A DNA stretch of 63,556 bases, counting the filler, from Octopus bimaculoides (lineage: Eukaryota), in the NCBI RefSeq assembly GCF_001194135.2. It is 6 parts of 5 records of this genome, joined end to end, with 100 filler letters (N's around TTAATTAATTAA, not from the genome) between each part and the next. Parts side by side here need not be neighbours in the genome. Positions count along the whole stretch, not along the records: positions 48,298 to 58,012 come from NC_068981.1; positions 58,113 to 61,297 come from NC_069007.1; positions 61,398 to 63,556 come from NW_026336265.1; 3 more parts are not named here. One strand, 5' to 3'. Position numbers and translations under genes: made by a program. Positions 48,330-62,057 of the stretch are shown one piece after another. The notes beneath the pieces are model-generated. The model was not told the DNA's origin. It made no database searches and saw only the letters and a program-made list of their open reading frames with translations. Position 1 is the first letter of the stretch; each line of letters opens with the position of its first letter.

Positions 48330-50322
48330 TATTAGAAACGCTATTTACTTCTTCTTGAAATTTTGACTCAGCCTTGATTCGAACAAACATTTGAACGTTT
48401 ATTTAAATAATAAGCGCTAAGATAATAAGATTTCCAACAAATGTGGAAATCAATATTATCGGGGTAATAGTTATAGTCGATTAATTCATTTGTTCTAAAC
48501 GACCGATAGTTTCCTATAAGCCATTCTAATGTGTGCTGAAAAGCTGATATCTGAATTAGAGTCCTGGTCGATTAGATCCACTTTATTGCCCGACAGGTGC
48601 TTATTTGAAATCGACCTAGAAAAGATGAAAGACGATGTTGACCTCACTTCAAATTGATTGCAGAACGTAGAGAAGAATCGAACAAGCATAAAACCGATTC
48701 TACCGGCTGTTCTTAGAAAGAAGAAACGGAAATTTGGCCCCAGTTTTATTTCAAAACATAAGGATAGTATCTAAATGTTTCCCCCGACAAACTAAATAAT
48801 TTGAGAGGCCAAGCCTTCGCATACTGCTATAATATTTAACTGACATTTTTTTGTGTTCAAAAAGTTTCCTCTTTTAGAAAGAAAATTATTTATTATATTG
48901 ATGCAGTTGATAACCTCTCTGTATTTTATCGAATCCAAAACCGATAAATTCGAATTTAACTTGAGCAGGATTAGAACGGAGCACATGAAAGCTGTAGATA
49001 TTAGTTTAAACACTAATAATGGTTTCAGATTTTGTAACAAAGCCAACAATTTTCGTAGAGTGTTTAATTCGATGACATCGACAGCAGTAATTGCTACTTA
49101 TTTTTATCGATACTGGAAACGGGAAAGGCAAATTCGACCTCGGCGGAATTTCAACTCAGAACGCAGAGACAGACGAAATACTGCTAAGCGCTTTACCCGG
49201 CGTGCTAACGAATCTTCCACTTAGTTTGATTATCAATGCTAATGATAGATTATTACAGGGAACAAAAGCTACACATTCATAAGATTTAATGTAAATGAAT
49301 GGATATGAGTCCGCAGCATTTCCGCGGAATTTAAGTTTGAGATTGTCCACATGAATTCAATCCCATATTTTCATATTTTGTAGGAAAGAATAAAGAGAAT
49401 AATAATTTAAAAACTAAATGGATATGGTTTCTTTGTCAAATTAAATTTTAATGCGAAATGATGTTATTCATATTTAATGGTAATGTTTTCCATTCCATAG
49501 AATCAAAAACGGACATCTTGTGAGAGAGATTATTCGGACTATTTCCGCTGTATTTTCTCTTGCTGGAGTATATTTGCAAGACAAGCAACTATTTAGGCGA
49601 TCCTACGGAATAGGAGAAATATAATGAGACGTTGACAGATAAGAGCTACGTTAAAAACCTAACACATGCAGTCGAAAATTGTCGTTATTTTAATTTTACA
49701 TTTCCATGTTGATGGCATGCTATTCGAATTTTCCAATTGAGTTAATAGACAAACACAAACACATACTATTATTAATAAATACGATATATTTATACAGCAT
49801 ATTAAACATACTAATATAGAGCTAGGCCTGACTGCGCAGTAAAATGATAGATATATGTCTATGGAAAAATTAGAAAATAACTTCCAACTTCAGGAAATTT
49901 ACTTACTGCTATTGATGCAGCAGCCCATAAAAATGCATTTTAATTTTCTTTTTACTTTCATATGTTAAGTACCTTTGCACAAACCAGCATAAATATCACG
50001 ATTATCCATTGTTATCCATTTGTCGTGACTTGCCTTCTCAGTGGTAGACATCACAAATAAATTGTTAAAATAAATTGTTAAATTATATACATAGATTATT
50101 ATGTTTGAAATAAAAAAAATTAAACGGATACAAACACATACATATACCTACGTGCATACATGCATATAAATACACACAAACACACACACACATAAACATA
50201 TACGTATGCGCATACACGTATATATATATATAATATACATGCACTTATGAATATAGACGTTTATATCGATATATTCATGTGCATATGAACATATATCTGT
50301 GTGGGTGCATGTATATTTGTGC

Positions 50323-50357
<35 letters not shown>

Positions 50358-52654
50358 CGCACACATATACATATAGAGAGGATGAAGACGGCATTTTTTT
50401 CTTTTTTTCTTTCTTATCTTTTTAGTAAAAGGAAATTATTGCTAAATCTTGAAAAATCCAACAGACGAAACCAGATGTATGGTAAACACGAAAAGAATTG
50501 TTAAACACTAAAAAAGATTCAGAAAATATATTATGAATAGAATGCATGTTGAAGAAACACTAAGACACGCATACATGCATGTGTATTTGTGTGGTGAGTA
50601 TACACATCTACATACACAGAGGCACACATGCTTATGTCACTGTTCGCAAGCATTTGTTGCTTGGCTGCGTACACGCGGAATCATGTTAACGTCTATATTT
50701 ATCTTAGATATTAACGAATGTTTCAGCATGGACTTCACATTCACTAATTTATTTTTCTGACGAAATATTAAATTTCAGCAAAATGACAAAAAATATTCAA
50801 CTGAATGAAAATAATATCAGCGCTAACAACAATCATGATAATAACGATGATGGTGATTACACAACAGACGATTATGCTGAAATTGATGAACACTGACACT
50901 AATAATAACAACTGTATGGTGCAGGTGGGGGAATTAGATAAGTATGTCGAAGGAGGATAGATACGAGCAAGACAGTCATGACTATTTGCAGTGGTTTTAA
51001 AATACAAAATTGAAACAAACGTTTCAATAAACGAATTTCAATATTTGTCATGTTATACGTGTTACTGTTTCTTATTGTGTCGTTTACGACTGTTTTGCAA
51101 AGTGTCTACTATTTTTTTATATTTAAATACTAAAAATATTACGTGGCAAAGTTTAACTGCCGTTTTACTCGAACTATCATGATATATATCGGATATTATT
51201 TTTTCTGCACAGACGCAACCAAAGAAATATAAGAAGGTAAACAAATTATCGTGTACTTAGAAAGAAAAAAAATACTTATGTGTGGCATGTCGAGTGATAT
51301 GAATTTGATTTGCATCCATTGAATTTTGTATCCTGAATTATTGATGAATTTTTGATTAATTACTTACTTATTGTTTAGCTATTCCAGTCATTTCCGCACT
51401 ATCTGTACATTAGCTGTATTAATATCCCACATTGGTATGCTAATAGTTCTAGATTTGAATATATTGATATATTTTCGAAGCCTTTCTCACATATATTTTT
51501 GTCAGAATCTAATAGTAATCTAAAAATTATTTCAATTGCTCCTTAGTGATATCATGAATAATAAAATTCGAACATTTAGCTGATTTTCTCTTGAAAAATA
51601 TTAATTATTTGCTTTGTGATGTTAACATGATTACCGTCTCGAGCTATTAACCGCATATTAAGAGATGAAAGAGTTTTAATATTTACATTTACACAATGCC
51701 TTTCCTTTGGATGTAGGTATAATACCAGACTTAATTTGAACCATGTATGTTTATATTTAGACTAACGCTTTTATCCACGTGGACACTCACTGAATTATAG
51801 ACTGCGTAGATGTAAATCAGTATAGATGTATTTATGAATAGAATTTTCATATCAAAATACGAAGTCAATAATCCGAAGTATGTTAATTTGTGTACCAGAC
51901 TATTGTGATTTATTTCATGTCTCATATGAATGATTAGTGGTCCAATATTGAATAATGAATATAAACAACTACTTGGTCATGACAATGTGCATAATCTGAT
52001 TCGGTGAAGATTAGACAGTTATAGAAACAACAATCTGATATCCACTAAATAATCTACGTTTACTGTCTCCAAATTAGTTGGTTACATTTTAGGAGGAGAC
52101 TTTGCAAGAAATGTTTGTTCTTGTACAGGAATTAATTTCAAGTAATTTATCAGAATTTTTAACCTGCGTTGGTTAGTTATTTTGGCTATACATTCATATT
52201 CATTTCACCCGACCTGATCTTGCTGTATTAGACTAATGTATAATCTATTTTGCTGGCACATTTTAAATATATCTTGCATTGTTTAGTTTACACAATCATT
52301 GTTTCCGCTGTTGTCGGTAGAGCCTTTATTTTCAACAACCACTATGTCTGAATTCTACAAAATCATTACTGATTTGAGCTTTCCAATTGATTTTCGGTTA
52401 ACTAACGGTGAGATAGGCTCGAATTCATAGTCATGTTTCGTGTTCAAATTTTCTCTTTATTGCTGGGTGTTTATGGTCGGTTTCTGGAAAATGCTTAAGA
52501 ATATTATCTTGCTATGATATGCGTATGGAATTTGATCTTTTCTATAGAATATGAGATATGGAGTGCAAATTACTTCTAATTACTTTCAACTAATTTATCA
52601 GAAATGTTAAGCTGCGTTGGTGAGTACTTCATGGGTATGTCGGGCTACTCTTCG

Positions 52655-52835
52655 TCTTATTGTCGTGGCACTCCGTTGGTTACGATGATGAGGCTTCCAG
52701 TCGTTCCGATCAACGGAACAGCCTTCTCGTGAAATTAGACATTTTTACATTTAATATAGTTTTCGGGGAGATTCAGTGTGACACAGAGTGGGTCAAGGTT
52801 GTCCCTTTGAAATACAGGTACAACAGAAACAGGAA
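52655..52835 (-). mobile_element. SINE/RTE-tail fragment
   Basis: ttgtcgtggcactccgttggttacgatgatgagg...gatcaacggaacagcc...ggggagattcagtgtgacacagagtg...ccctttgaaatacaggtacaacagaaacagg, recalled as an abundant octopod repeat (not verified). Confidence 0.55.
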
Positions 52836-52841
52836 AAAAAA

Positions 52842-53498
52842 TAGAAATCCTTTTGCTACCAGTGCTCTAGCGAGAATAAAAAAAACTAGTCAATAGACTA
52901 TATATTATTTATATAAGTACATAGAGTGTACATTTGAACACATAAGAGAAATTTCCATAATAGGACATCTGACCCGCTAAAAGGTGGAGTCAAACTCCAA
53001 ACCTTGAGATTTATTAATAATGCTACCCTGATATCTGTTATTAATGATATAAGGATCCGTTAGCTAATTTCTGGGGAAAAATCGGCATTTTTAGTATTTG
53101 CTGCCGAGAAGAAAACCGTACATGCGCGGTAGATATGAAAAATTATAAAATATAAGCACGAGGAATGATTCTATGTATTGCCTCGTATTTATGTGTTAAT
53201 CTTGACTTTCCTGCTGATGATAGCTGGCCTAGCAAATTATTTTATTTTGCTGAAAATGGCTTGAAACCTTGGTTCAGTAAATAGATAGCAAATGTTTTAA
53301 TTTTTCATTCCCTTTCGAAATTATGCCTAATTGTGCTTTGGAGTTTGATTGCTCCTACTAGCGGGTCAGATGTCCTATTATGGACATCTCTCTTATGTGT
53401 GTATATGTACACTGTATGTATTTATATGAATTAGATATAGTCTATTGACTAGTTTTTTTTTCTTCTCGTTAGACCACTGGTAGCAAAAAGAATTTCTA
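52842..53498. mobile_element. MITE-like element with about 160-bp imperfect terminal inverted repeats
   Basis: 52842-53000 aligns to the reverse complement of 53339-53498 (tagaaat.ctt.tgctaccagtg..cta.cgagaa...ctagtcaatagactata...ccataataggacatctgacccgcta). Confidence 0.75.
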
Positions 53499-56400
53499 AA
53501 TTTTTTGGCTACCCTGAGATTTATCTATATATATAAATTTTCCGCCTACCAAATTCACTCACAAGGCTTTGGTCGGCCTGATGGTACGGTAGAAACACTT
53601 CCACAACATGCCCCGCAGTGGGATTCATCCGGGAACGTTGTAGTTGTTTAGCAAGCTACTTACCGTACACCCACTCAATCATTGTTTATGGTTTCATGCG
53701 AAATATTTATATCGTCTATGAAAGTTGTTTGCCAATTAATGAAATGCAATATCATGTTCTCAATGACAATCCTGTTATTGTTTCTGGCGTATTTTTACAA
53801 ACACATTTAGTAAGTACATTTACATCTATATGTCAATTCTAATATGAAATAAGACACACTAACCATCTAATTCTACCATCTCCTGTGACCATATTATTTC
53901 TCGATTTTAATATGATTGTTGATGTTGTTGATAATTGATATCCGGGATTGGAGTTGGTATGTACTTTAATGAAACAAAATCTCTGATTTTTTTACTGGTA
54001 CAATATCAGCATCTACCAGCTGAATACGCTTAAAGTTTCATGTGATATCTATTTGTGACGTTTAAAAATTTAAGATGGAACTCATCGTTGAGTACCAATT
54101 TCTACAGCACTTTATGCAAGCGAATGTGGCAAATAATATAAAGAGAATCAACCTGCAAGCTATATCAGTCAAATCTTTCTCATATCAGATAGCTCTGTTA
54201 TTTCAAAAGCGTACAGTAAAAGATATAATTATATATTGCCGGATTAAATACGATTAAAATAGCATGAAATTTATTTTAAGCATGACTCCTGGCTCAGACT
54301 ACAGGTGGTAGAACGGAACAATGCCAATATCTTTCTTTCTCGGTAAAATACTAGGTACATTGTCAATTTCCCTGATTTTGTTTTTCGAAAGAAATGTTTA
54401 ATATCAATTCAAAATAGCAATGTGAATTCTGATCTCGAATAAATTTTATGTTGACGTGATTTTCTTCCGCGAGAGAATTGTGTAATATCATTTTTGTGAA
54501 GTGGAAAGCGTTCAGATTAAGGATTAACATCAATCCTCTGCAAATAACCGTTCCATTAGGAAGTAAAAACAATTTTGTCTCCTAAGAAGAATATAGTTCT
54601 GTGCTAACCCGGCGAAGTTTTGTTTATAAAAGAGATAATGAATTACTATTGTAAAATATAGGACAGTTTTATAAATTCAGTTCTACGGTACAGAAAATAA
54701 TATTTGTAATCGGCATGTAATAAATGTGTTGATGATGATGACGATGATGATAATGACAACGATCATTAGCAATGGCACAACAACAAAGACTGTGTGTAAG
54801 CTGTTTATATCGAATATGTCTATTTACGGAAGTTGGACGGGAGATGCATTTCCGACCAGTATAGGATTTGTATTCAGATATAACTAGATGTTGTGCGGTA
54901 TTTCTGCTTTCAAACGCTGGCATCGACAACAAAAAAAATTATGTCGTTTTTCTCTTATACTTTCTTTTAGCTTTTCATTTTTTTCAAAATTCAATTAACT
55001 AAGCGATAAATGTTAAGAGGGCAGAATAGCAATACAGTTAATGAAGACAGACAGCTGTCATTCTCATAACTGCCATTATGATCAACAACGAAGCAGTAAG
55101 GAAGCTTTGCTGCGAATATGCAAGAACACAAATGTATCAAACGATAAGAACAAAAATAGAATCCTTAAGAAAACATGTCTTCCGAGAGTGCCTCTATTTT
55201 AATGAATAATCGTTAACAGGACAAAAAGAAAGTGTACGATACAAGTTTTCTTATGGCTTCAAAGGAAGAAGAAAGACCTACTTCAAAATTCACTTTGACT
55301 GATACACATGTTTACAACTCCCATATCATTTCCCGTGATCTACGGTTTGCATATAGGCGTACATTGATTGCACAAGTAGCGCAATTATATAATAGTTTTA
55401 TGCAAAGAATTTATAGATGAATTAAGTTGATTACAGCTGAAAGACAAGAAGGCTCTTCCCTGATGATATACGTAAGGAAGAACACAATGTTTGACTTTCA
55501 TCAGTATTCTATCAGAGAAATATCCCCGGTTTTGTCAAATATTATAGTAACGCCTTCATGATATAATATTGGATAAAAATAATATTCGGTAGCAATAAAA
55601 AAGACTAGACTGATATTCAAACTGAAAATATATTTTGAAACAGAAGCATGTAAATTTCCATGAAAAAAAAAAAAAAATAGCAATAGCATAATATCACATT
55701 TACACATAGCAACGTCCAATTTCGGCAAACCTCACCCCGATATATTATCTAAAGAATTGCCACGATTTCTAAATCAGAGATGAGAAGTATTACCTAAGTG
55801 AGGTATCTTCTGGAAGTATATATAATATTCCATGGTACATCGCCAACTAGATCCCACGGCAAAAAGACCATGCAACAAACTGTTCTAAACATATCTAACG
55901 CCCTACTCTTACGAATATTGTGTTTATGCGTGAATGTACGAGCACAGAATGAGGCTAATGGATGCAGTAACGTACCGGGTATCGAACATCAAGTCTGTGA
56001 AAATACGGCAATAATTATTGATATGACAATACCAATAAAAAATAACAACTGGACTGGATTAATTCTTGCAGCGTCGGATTAATTCTTGCAGCGCCTTTGT
56101 CGATAAAGCATTCTAGGTTTGGACTATTTACCACACATCACGCCATTGAAAGCTGTTCTCCTATTGTTCCCACGTTAGAGTGGAAGATTTGTCCAATCGT
56201 CCAAGCGTCGAAGAAATTCATTTGCAGTATTTCTTTTACGGTATGTTACAAGTCCCCCCGGTTAGAATTTGGCCTGTGATCTTTCCGGGTTACCAAAATT
56301 GCTATCCAGTTACCACGGTCTATTTAGTGATGTAAACACACCTAGAAACTTCAGATCGTTACTTTATAACAGAGATAATATTTATAATCAGAGAGCAGTG

Positions 56401-58112
56401 CATTGCATACCACGTATAGTGACCATTGCAATAGTTAACTAACTTTTCATGATACAGATTTCATATCCAATGAGACTATACTTGTAGCATAACGGGATAT
56501 ATTAAACATGTCGCAGTTGAGTTGTTGTGCAACAGATGAAGTGTGTTTGAATATTCCTATAATTTCACATATCCCCTATGTTCAGAGAAACATCTCTCAA
56601 TGAAAGATCTTTTATTCTGAATTGAGAAATGACTCAAATATCATGGTTTATAATATTGGGGTGCGAGTTAAGGAAGTTTTCGCTAAGGTTTTGCAGTTGA
56701 GCATCCACAAAGAGCATCCACAAAGGCTTAATCGAAACATTCAACAAATTCAGTTCCATTAAAACGTATTATTTATTGCCTACTATGCTAATCAATTATT
56801 TGCGTTGTAATCGAAATCTGATATAATTTTATAAATTTGTGAAGACAAAAGGTTTTAATTTCTAATTGCAATTTGTTTATTTAACGTTTCTATAACAAAT
56901 GCATTGTAAACCCATTTTCATTTTATTTATTCTTATACATTATTCTTGGTATTTTTTTTTTCCTTTTTGCTATTCTATTTTATTTACAAAACACACTGAT
57001 ATTAATTAGCACTAAAATAAAACACGATTTATTTTTCTCACTATAGTTTGATTTTATTAGTTTAATTAGGTGAATTTGCGTATTCTTTCGACATCTCAGC
57101 ATGATATCAACAATGTGTAAACTGCACAATATTGTGCGCTCTCAGGAAGAGGATGTAATTATCTCGCAGGAATTGTAAATTCTAAAAATCACAACAGCTT
57201 GGATTTCATTATTCTACATATTGATTTCATTTTCTTTTTTTCTTTTCTAAATTTATTTCTGTTTACATTTTGTTTTCTATAATCACAACAATACTGTTCT
57301 ACCGATTACTTAATGATGAATTACATTCGACCTATTTGTTCTATTGTAATATAACAAAATGCAGACTAGCAAAGAACATCGTTGGAAAATATAATTCACG
57401 TGTGATATGTATGAGTATTTAATGTTATTGATGGTGTTATTATATATGCTTTCCGTCCAGAACTATACTACTTACATGTTTCTTTACTTATTAATATATA
57501 CATTATATATATANNNNNNNNNNCTCATTGTTGCAAAGTGAGAGATCCATATAAATGAAAGAACACCATATAAATATATTCCGCTCAGTTATACGTTTCT
57601 ATGCCTCTGTGCGTGTCTGTCTGTATTACAGTACTATATCTTAAGCACTCTACACGTGAGTGAGAAAAGTGTTAGAGGTGACGTTATACCCAAAAAATTG
57701 ACTCTGGTTTCCGAAATGTTCGACATAATTCGGATGCACACACACACAAACACACACATACACACACACATATGATATCACTGTCAAAATCCAGCAGCGT
57801 GAAAGGTAAAAATGAATAAAATGATAGAACAAGATAGAGAAGGAGCAGAAATGTTCTTTTCATATGCTTTCAGATTTTGCACATTAGAAATGCATAAAGC
57901 CTTAAGGCATGACTCGAGATTTAAAATTTAAAGCAGATAGGTGATATTGGAATAAATCTCTCACATTCAAAATTCATATACTTATACGTATATATATATA
58001 TTTTTATATATANNNNNNNNNNNNNNNNNNNNNNNNNNNNNNNNNNNNNNNNNNNNTTAATTAATTAANNNNNNNNNNNNNNNNNNNNNNNNNNNNNNNN
58101 NNNNNNNNNNNN

Positions 58113-58147
<35 letters not shown>

Positions 58148-59399
58148 ATATGTGTGTGTGTGTACGTGCATATATATTTTCAGTCGTATGTATATATTCA
58201 CGTGTATACTTGAGAGTGTATATGCACATTTCTGTTTGCCTTAATCTATTGCCAGGATCTTGATTTTTGAAGGCATGTCAGTTAAAAATTTATGATAATG
58301 GCGATGAGCATCGGAATACAAACATTATCGATATAAAAAACAAACAACCATAAAAACAAGAAAACAGCAGATTATATGAAGTAATATCAATGAATACAAA
58401 CATTTGCGAAATGGCTTCCATATGCCTAATTGGAAAGGGCATATCTTGCAGAATGCTGGATAATCTAAATGTCATTCTGATCGTGATAATCCTTGCCGCA
58501 GACGGATTGGTAAATCGGATCATTGCACAGATTACGTGAAGATATTAGTTTATATTGATGCCTCGTGCAGTTTATATGCAACTTGCGGTGTTCTGTATTT
58601 AATTATTTCGTGATTTTGTCATTTTGTTCTGTTTTTCGCTTTCGTTTTCTCGTTGTTTTAAACGGGAGCGAAATGAACTCTGCTTCCAATTTCCATAAGT
58701 GATTTTATAATCAAGCTGAAGATTATATTTTTATTGTTTAAATGTCGAAACTTTCATTTGCGGTCACCAAACCCAAATCATAGATACAATCATATCAATA
58801 GTAATAGGTAGAGTAAGCAAAATAATGATGCTATGATGATGAGAACAACAACAATAATGATGGCCTTTTCTACTATTGGAGGAAGGCATGAAACTTTTGG
58901 GGGAGGGATGAGATTCGTTTTTTTTTATATATTAGTTCCAGTTTTCAATTCATGCGTAAAATCCACCCCAGCAGAATTTGAACGCAAAACGTAAAGGCCA
59001 GGAAATATGCTACTACGTATTTTCCCGGTTTGCTAACGATTCCGCCGCCTCCGCCGCCGCCGCTGCTGCTATTGCTAGTGCTGCTGCCGCTGCTGATGCT
59101 GGGCGAAATGCTTAGCAGTATTTCGTCTGTCTTTACGATCTGAGTTCAAATTCCGCCGAATTATCTTTTTTTTTTTTTTTAGCACTCAGTAGAGGACTGG
59201 TAACCCCAATTAAGAATATCGATGCTCGACAGCGGAAGAGTGGGATTTGCATCCAAAGCAAGGAACTGTATGTATGCTTGAAAGATCAACATAATATCAC
59301 GGTACCGACCAGACTGTCGGGTGTTGTTATAAATCGCTTATCACGATGCACTTTGCTTTAGTTTTCATATGAAGCCACCTCGCTGGTTAGATAGGCAGG

Positions 59400-59570
59400 C
59401 CAACATTGCCCGCTGATTGGAAAACTAGTCCTAACCAATGTTATCCATTTACAGACCATTGGAATGGTGCAACGTGTTTTGCTCAACAACACAAGTAGTT
59501 GCCTGGTCCTGGAATCGAACACATGAACTAACGATCGTGAGAGAAACACCTTGACCACTAGGCCACGCGA
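59400..59570 (-). mobile_element. Old tRNA-derived SINE (family C-like)
   Basis: Minus strand: cgcgtggcctagtggtcaagg...tcacgatcgttagttcatgtGTTCGATTCCagg. Confidence 0.6.
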
Positions 59571-60289
59571 GTTGACGCAGGAATATCATAAATCACTGAA
59601 GATGACCAAGCATATGGTGTTGTGCTGAAACTGAATATAAATTGAGTCAGGCACAGACGAAGAGGAAGACACATTTGGCAGTTCTTCACAGATTTAATCT
59701 AGCGAATTCACCTGATACGGCGTTAGTTAACTTATGTCTGCAGTGGAATAGAGTTGCCAGAAGTGGCGTGTGGTGGCAGGAAACTTGGTGCGATATGTTA
59801 TGGGAAAAGTACTTCTCAATCAAACAGCCATGACTGTATCGTATTTATTTCATAAGGTATATATTTTATCTTTTACTTTATATCGATTTCAATCATTTGT
59901 CAAGGCCTATTCTAGGACAAAACCTTAAGCTGTTTAGTGGAATATATATATATATATATATGCCTATATATACATATTTATGTATATATATTTATATATA
60001 TCTATATAGATATATATACATATATATCTATATGTATATATGCATACACAAACACACACACACAGACACACACACATGTATATATATATATATATNNNNN
60101 NNNNNTATATATATATATATATGCCTATATATAGATATTTATGTATATATATTTATATATATCTATATAGATATATATACATATATATCTATATGTATAT
60201 ATGCATACACAAACACACACACACAGACACACACACATGTATATATATATATATATACATATGACATGGTTCTCTGTACTCTAAGATTC

Positions 60290-60640
60290 GACCAGCCGAA
60301 CGCTAACCATTGTGACCGCTCTCCAGTCCTCCCATTTATCGCTATTGTGCTGACTAGGACGCAATCATAAACGATGTATCAAACGCCGACTGGCCTTTCA
60401 CACACGCACACACCTCATTCAGCACGAAGTATTTCACCTCTATTAGCCTCACTCTCTTTAACATTGCACCCGAACATATTAAAGCAGAAACAGACCCCAT
60501 AAATTTGAAGAAGTCTTTCTACAAATTCCTTCAAAATATCCCGGATAAACCTCCTTCACTCGGAAATGTCTCCGCAAACAATAACTTCCTCCTCGTCGAG
60601 GCCACGTTGTCCGATTCCTGATTTGAATGACATTGCCAGG
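60290..60640 (+). mobile_element. CR1-like LINE 3' fragment
   Basis: SLTLFNIAPEHIKAETDPINLKKSFYKFLQNIPDKP matches the LFN.LP..IR....FK..LD.FL..IPD.P ending of CR1 ORF2. Confidence 0.7.
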
Positions 60641-60703
60641 TGGTGCTCTTAAGTTAGACATGGCCTGGGTCAATACTGGCCGAAACCTATCAATGGATCA
60701 AAG

Positions 60704-60759
<56 letters not shown>

Positions 60760-61397
60760 CACGTGTGTGTATGTGTATCTGCGCTTGCACGTGTGTGTGT
60801 GTCTGTGTGTAAGTATGTATGTATATTGTCAAGTACAGCATGTTAACCTATCGGTTTCTATTCATGAACTGCTGAGAGGTACAGATGTAACTATTCAAAC
60901 TCCGGGTTTATACTGAAGGACATTTGCCAGCCAGCAGCGAGACTGAACCTATAGTCCACCTGCTTGCAAACTGAGTTTGATAACCACACAGCCTTGCATG
61001 CGGCAATGTGTATGCTCTTTGCGTAAATGATTGTATGTTTTTTTTTCCTGCAAATATCGATAAATTTGCTTCTCAGCATTACGCTGTGTGGTGATTACTA
61101 AAACAAACCAATGCGAACTATAGAACGAATGAACCAAATAAATTTCATATATTTTCAACTGATCTCATTGTATCTCATTTTTACATAAAACACATTTTTC
61201 TATTACGTGTTAATATTGCTCTACACTGGTGGAGGCATCAATGATAAGTATGCATGTGTGTATGTACGTGTGTGTTTCTATCTCATTATATATATATNNN
61301 NNNNNNNNNNNNNNNNNNNNNNNNNNNNNNNNNNNNNNNNNTTAATTAATTAANNNNNNNNNNNNNNNNNNNNNNNNNNNNNNNNNNNNNNNNNNNN

Positions 61398-61745
61398 GGG
61401 AGGGAAGCATTGTTGCAGCACGTCACTGCATTCCCCATTTGTTGGTATATTCCTGGGTCCTCCTGGATGACCTGTCAAGCAGACTCCTAGTCGGTCCCCA
61501 TCTCTGCGAGACACCTCCTTATCTGCTGTGACTATGTAAGCATGTGATCGTCCAGCATGAGCGGTCAACCCAGCTCGATCTTCAGTGAATCTGGGTCTAG
61601 CCTGGTAAACTTAGCAACATGGACAATCCAGTCTGAGCTGACACTCTCAAATCATCCAGCCACAGGTAACCCATAATCCTGCAAAGCTTCTTGGTATCAA
61701 AATAGCTGAGGTGACTCCTTAGGGTCCCAGACAATATTCAAGTCT
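61398..61745 (-). mobile_element. RTE-like LINE 3' relic
   Basis: Minus-strand fragments RIMGYLWLDDL and LGVCLTGHPGGPRNI. Confidence 0.5.
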
Positions 61746-61764
61746 TACAATGGCCTACTTTCAT

Positions 61765-62057
61765 CATCATCATCATCATCATCATCGTTTAACGTCCGCC
61801 TTCCATGCTAGCATGGGTTGGACGATTTGACTGAGGACTGGTGAAACCGGACGGCAACACCAGGCTCCAATCTGATTTGGCAGAGTTTCTACAGCTGGAT
61901 GCCCTTCCTAACACCAACCACTCTGAGAGTGTAATGGGTGCTTTTTACGTGTCACCCGCACGAAGGCCAGTCAGGCGGTACTGGCAACGGCCACCACGCT
62001 CACAGGGAATATAAAGGAAATTGGAATCCAGCCATTAAAACCATGTCAAAACAGACC
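61765..62057 (-). mobile_element. Retroposon 3' end with (GAT)n tail; related sequence resumes at 63007-63055 after the gap
   Basis: (CAT)n at 61765-61787, then cgtttaacgtccgccttccatgctagcatgggttggacg. The internal unit cacccgcac.a..gccagtc occurs on both sides of the gap. Confidence 0.6.

Noticed and set aside
48792-49224. Opposed 85-123 aa ORFs; hAT-like helix pattern on the minus strand
   Set aside because: The plus ORF runs into a SINE and no hAT dimerisation motif is seen. Insufficient support.
50768-51007. Hydrophobic, transmembrane-like minus-strand ORF
   Set aside because: The hydrophobicity comes from antisense reading of an (AAC/GAT) low-complexity run.
53214-53240. CTGATGA followed by a short stem
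   Set aside because: Followed by GCAAA rather than GAAA, with no stem I or III. It lies inside the MITE core.
58450-58545. Kazal-like CNDPIYQSVCGKD on the minus strand
   Set aside because: A stop follows before the remaining Kazal cysteines, and there is no donor site.
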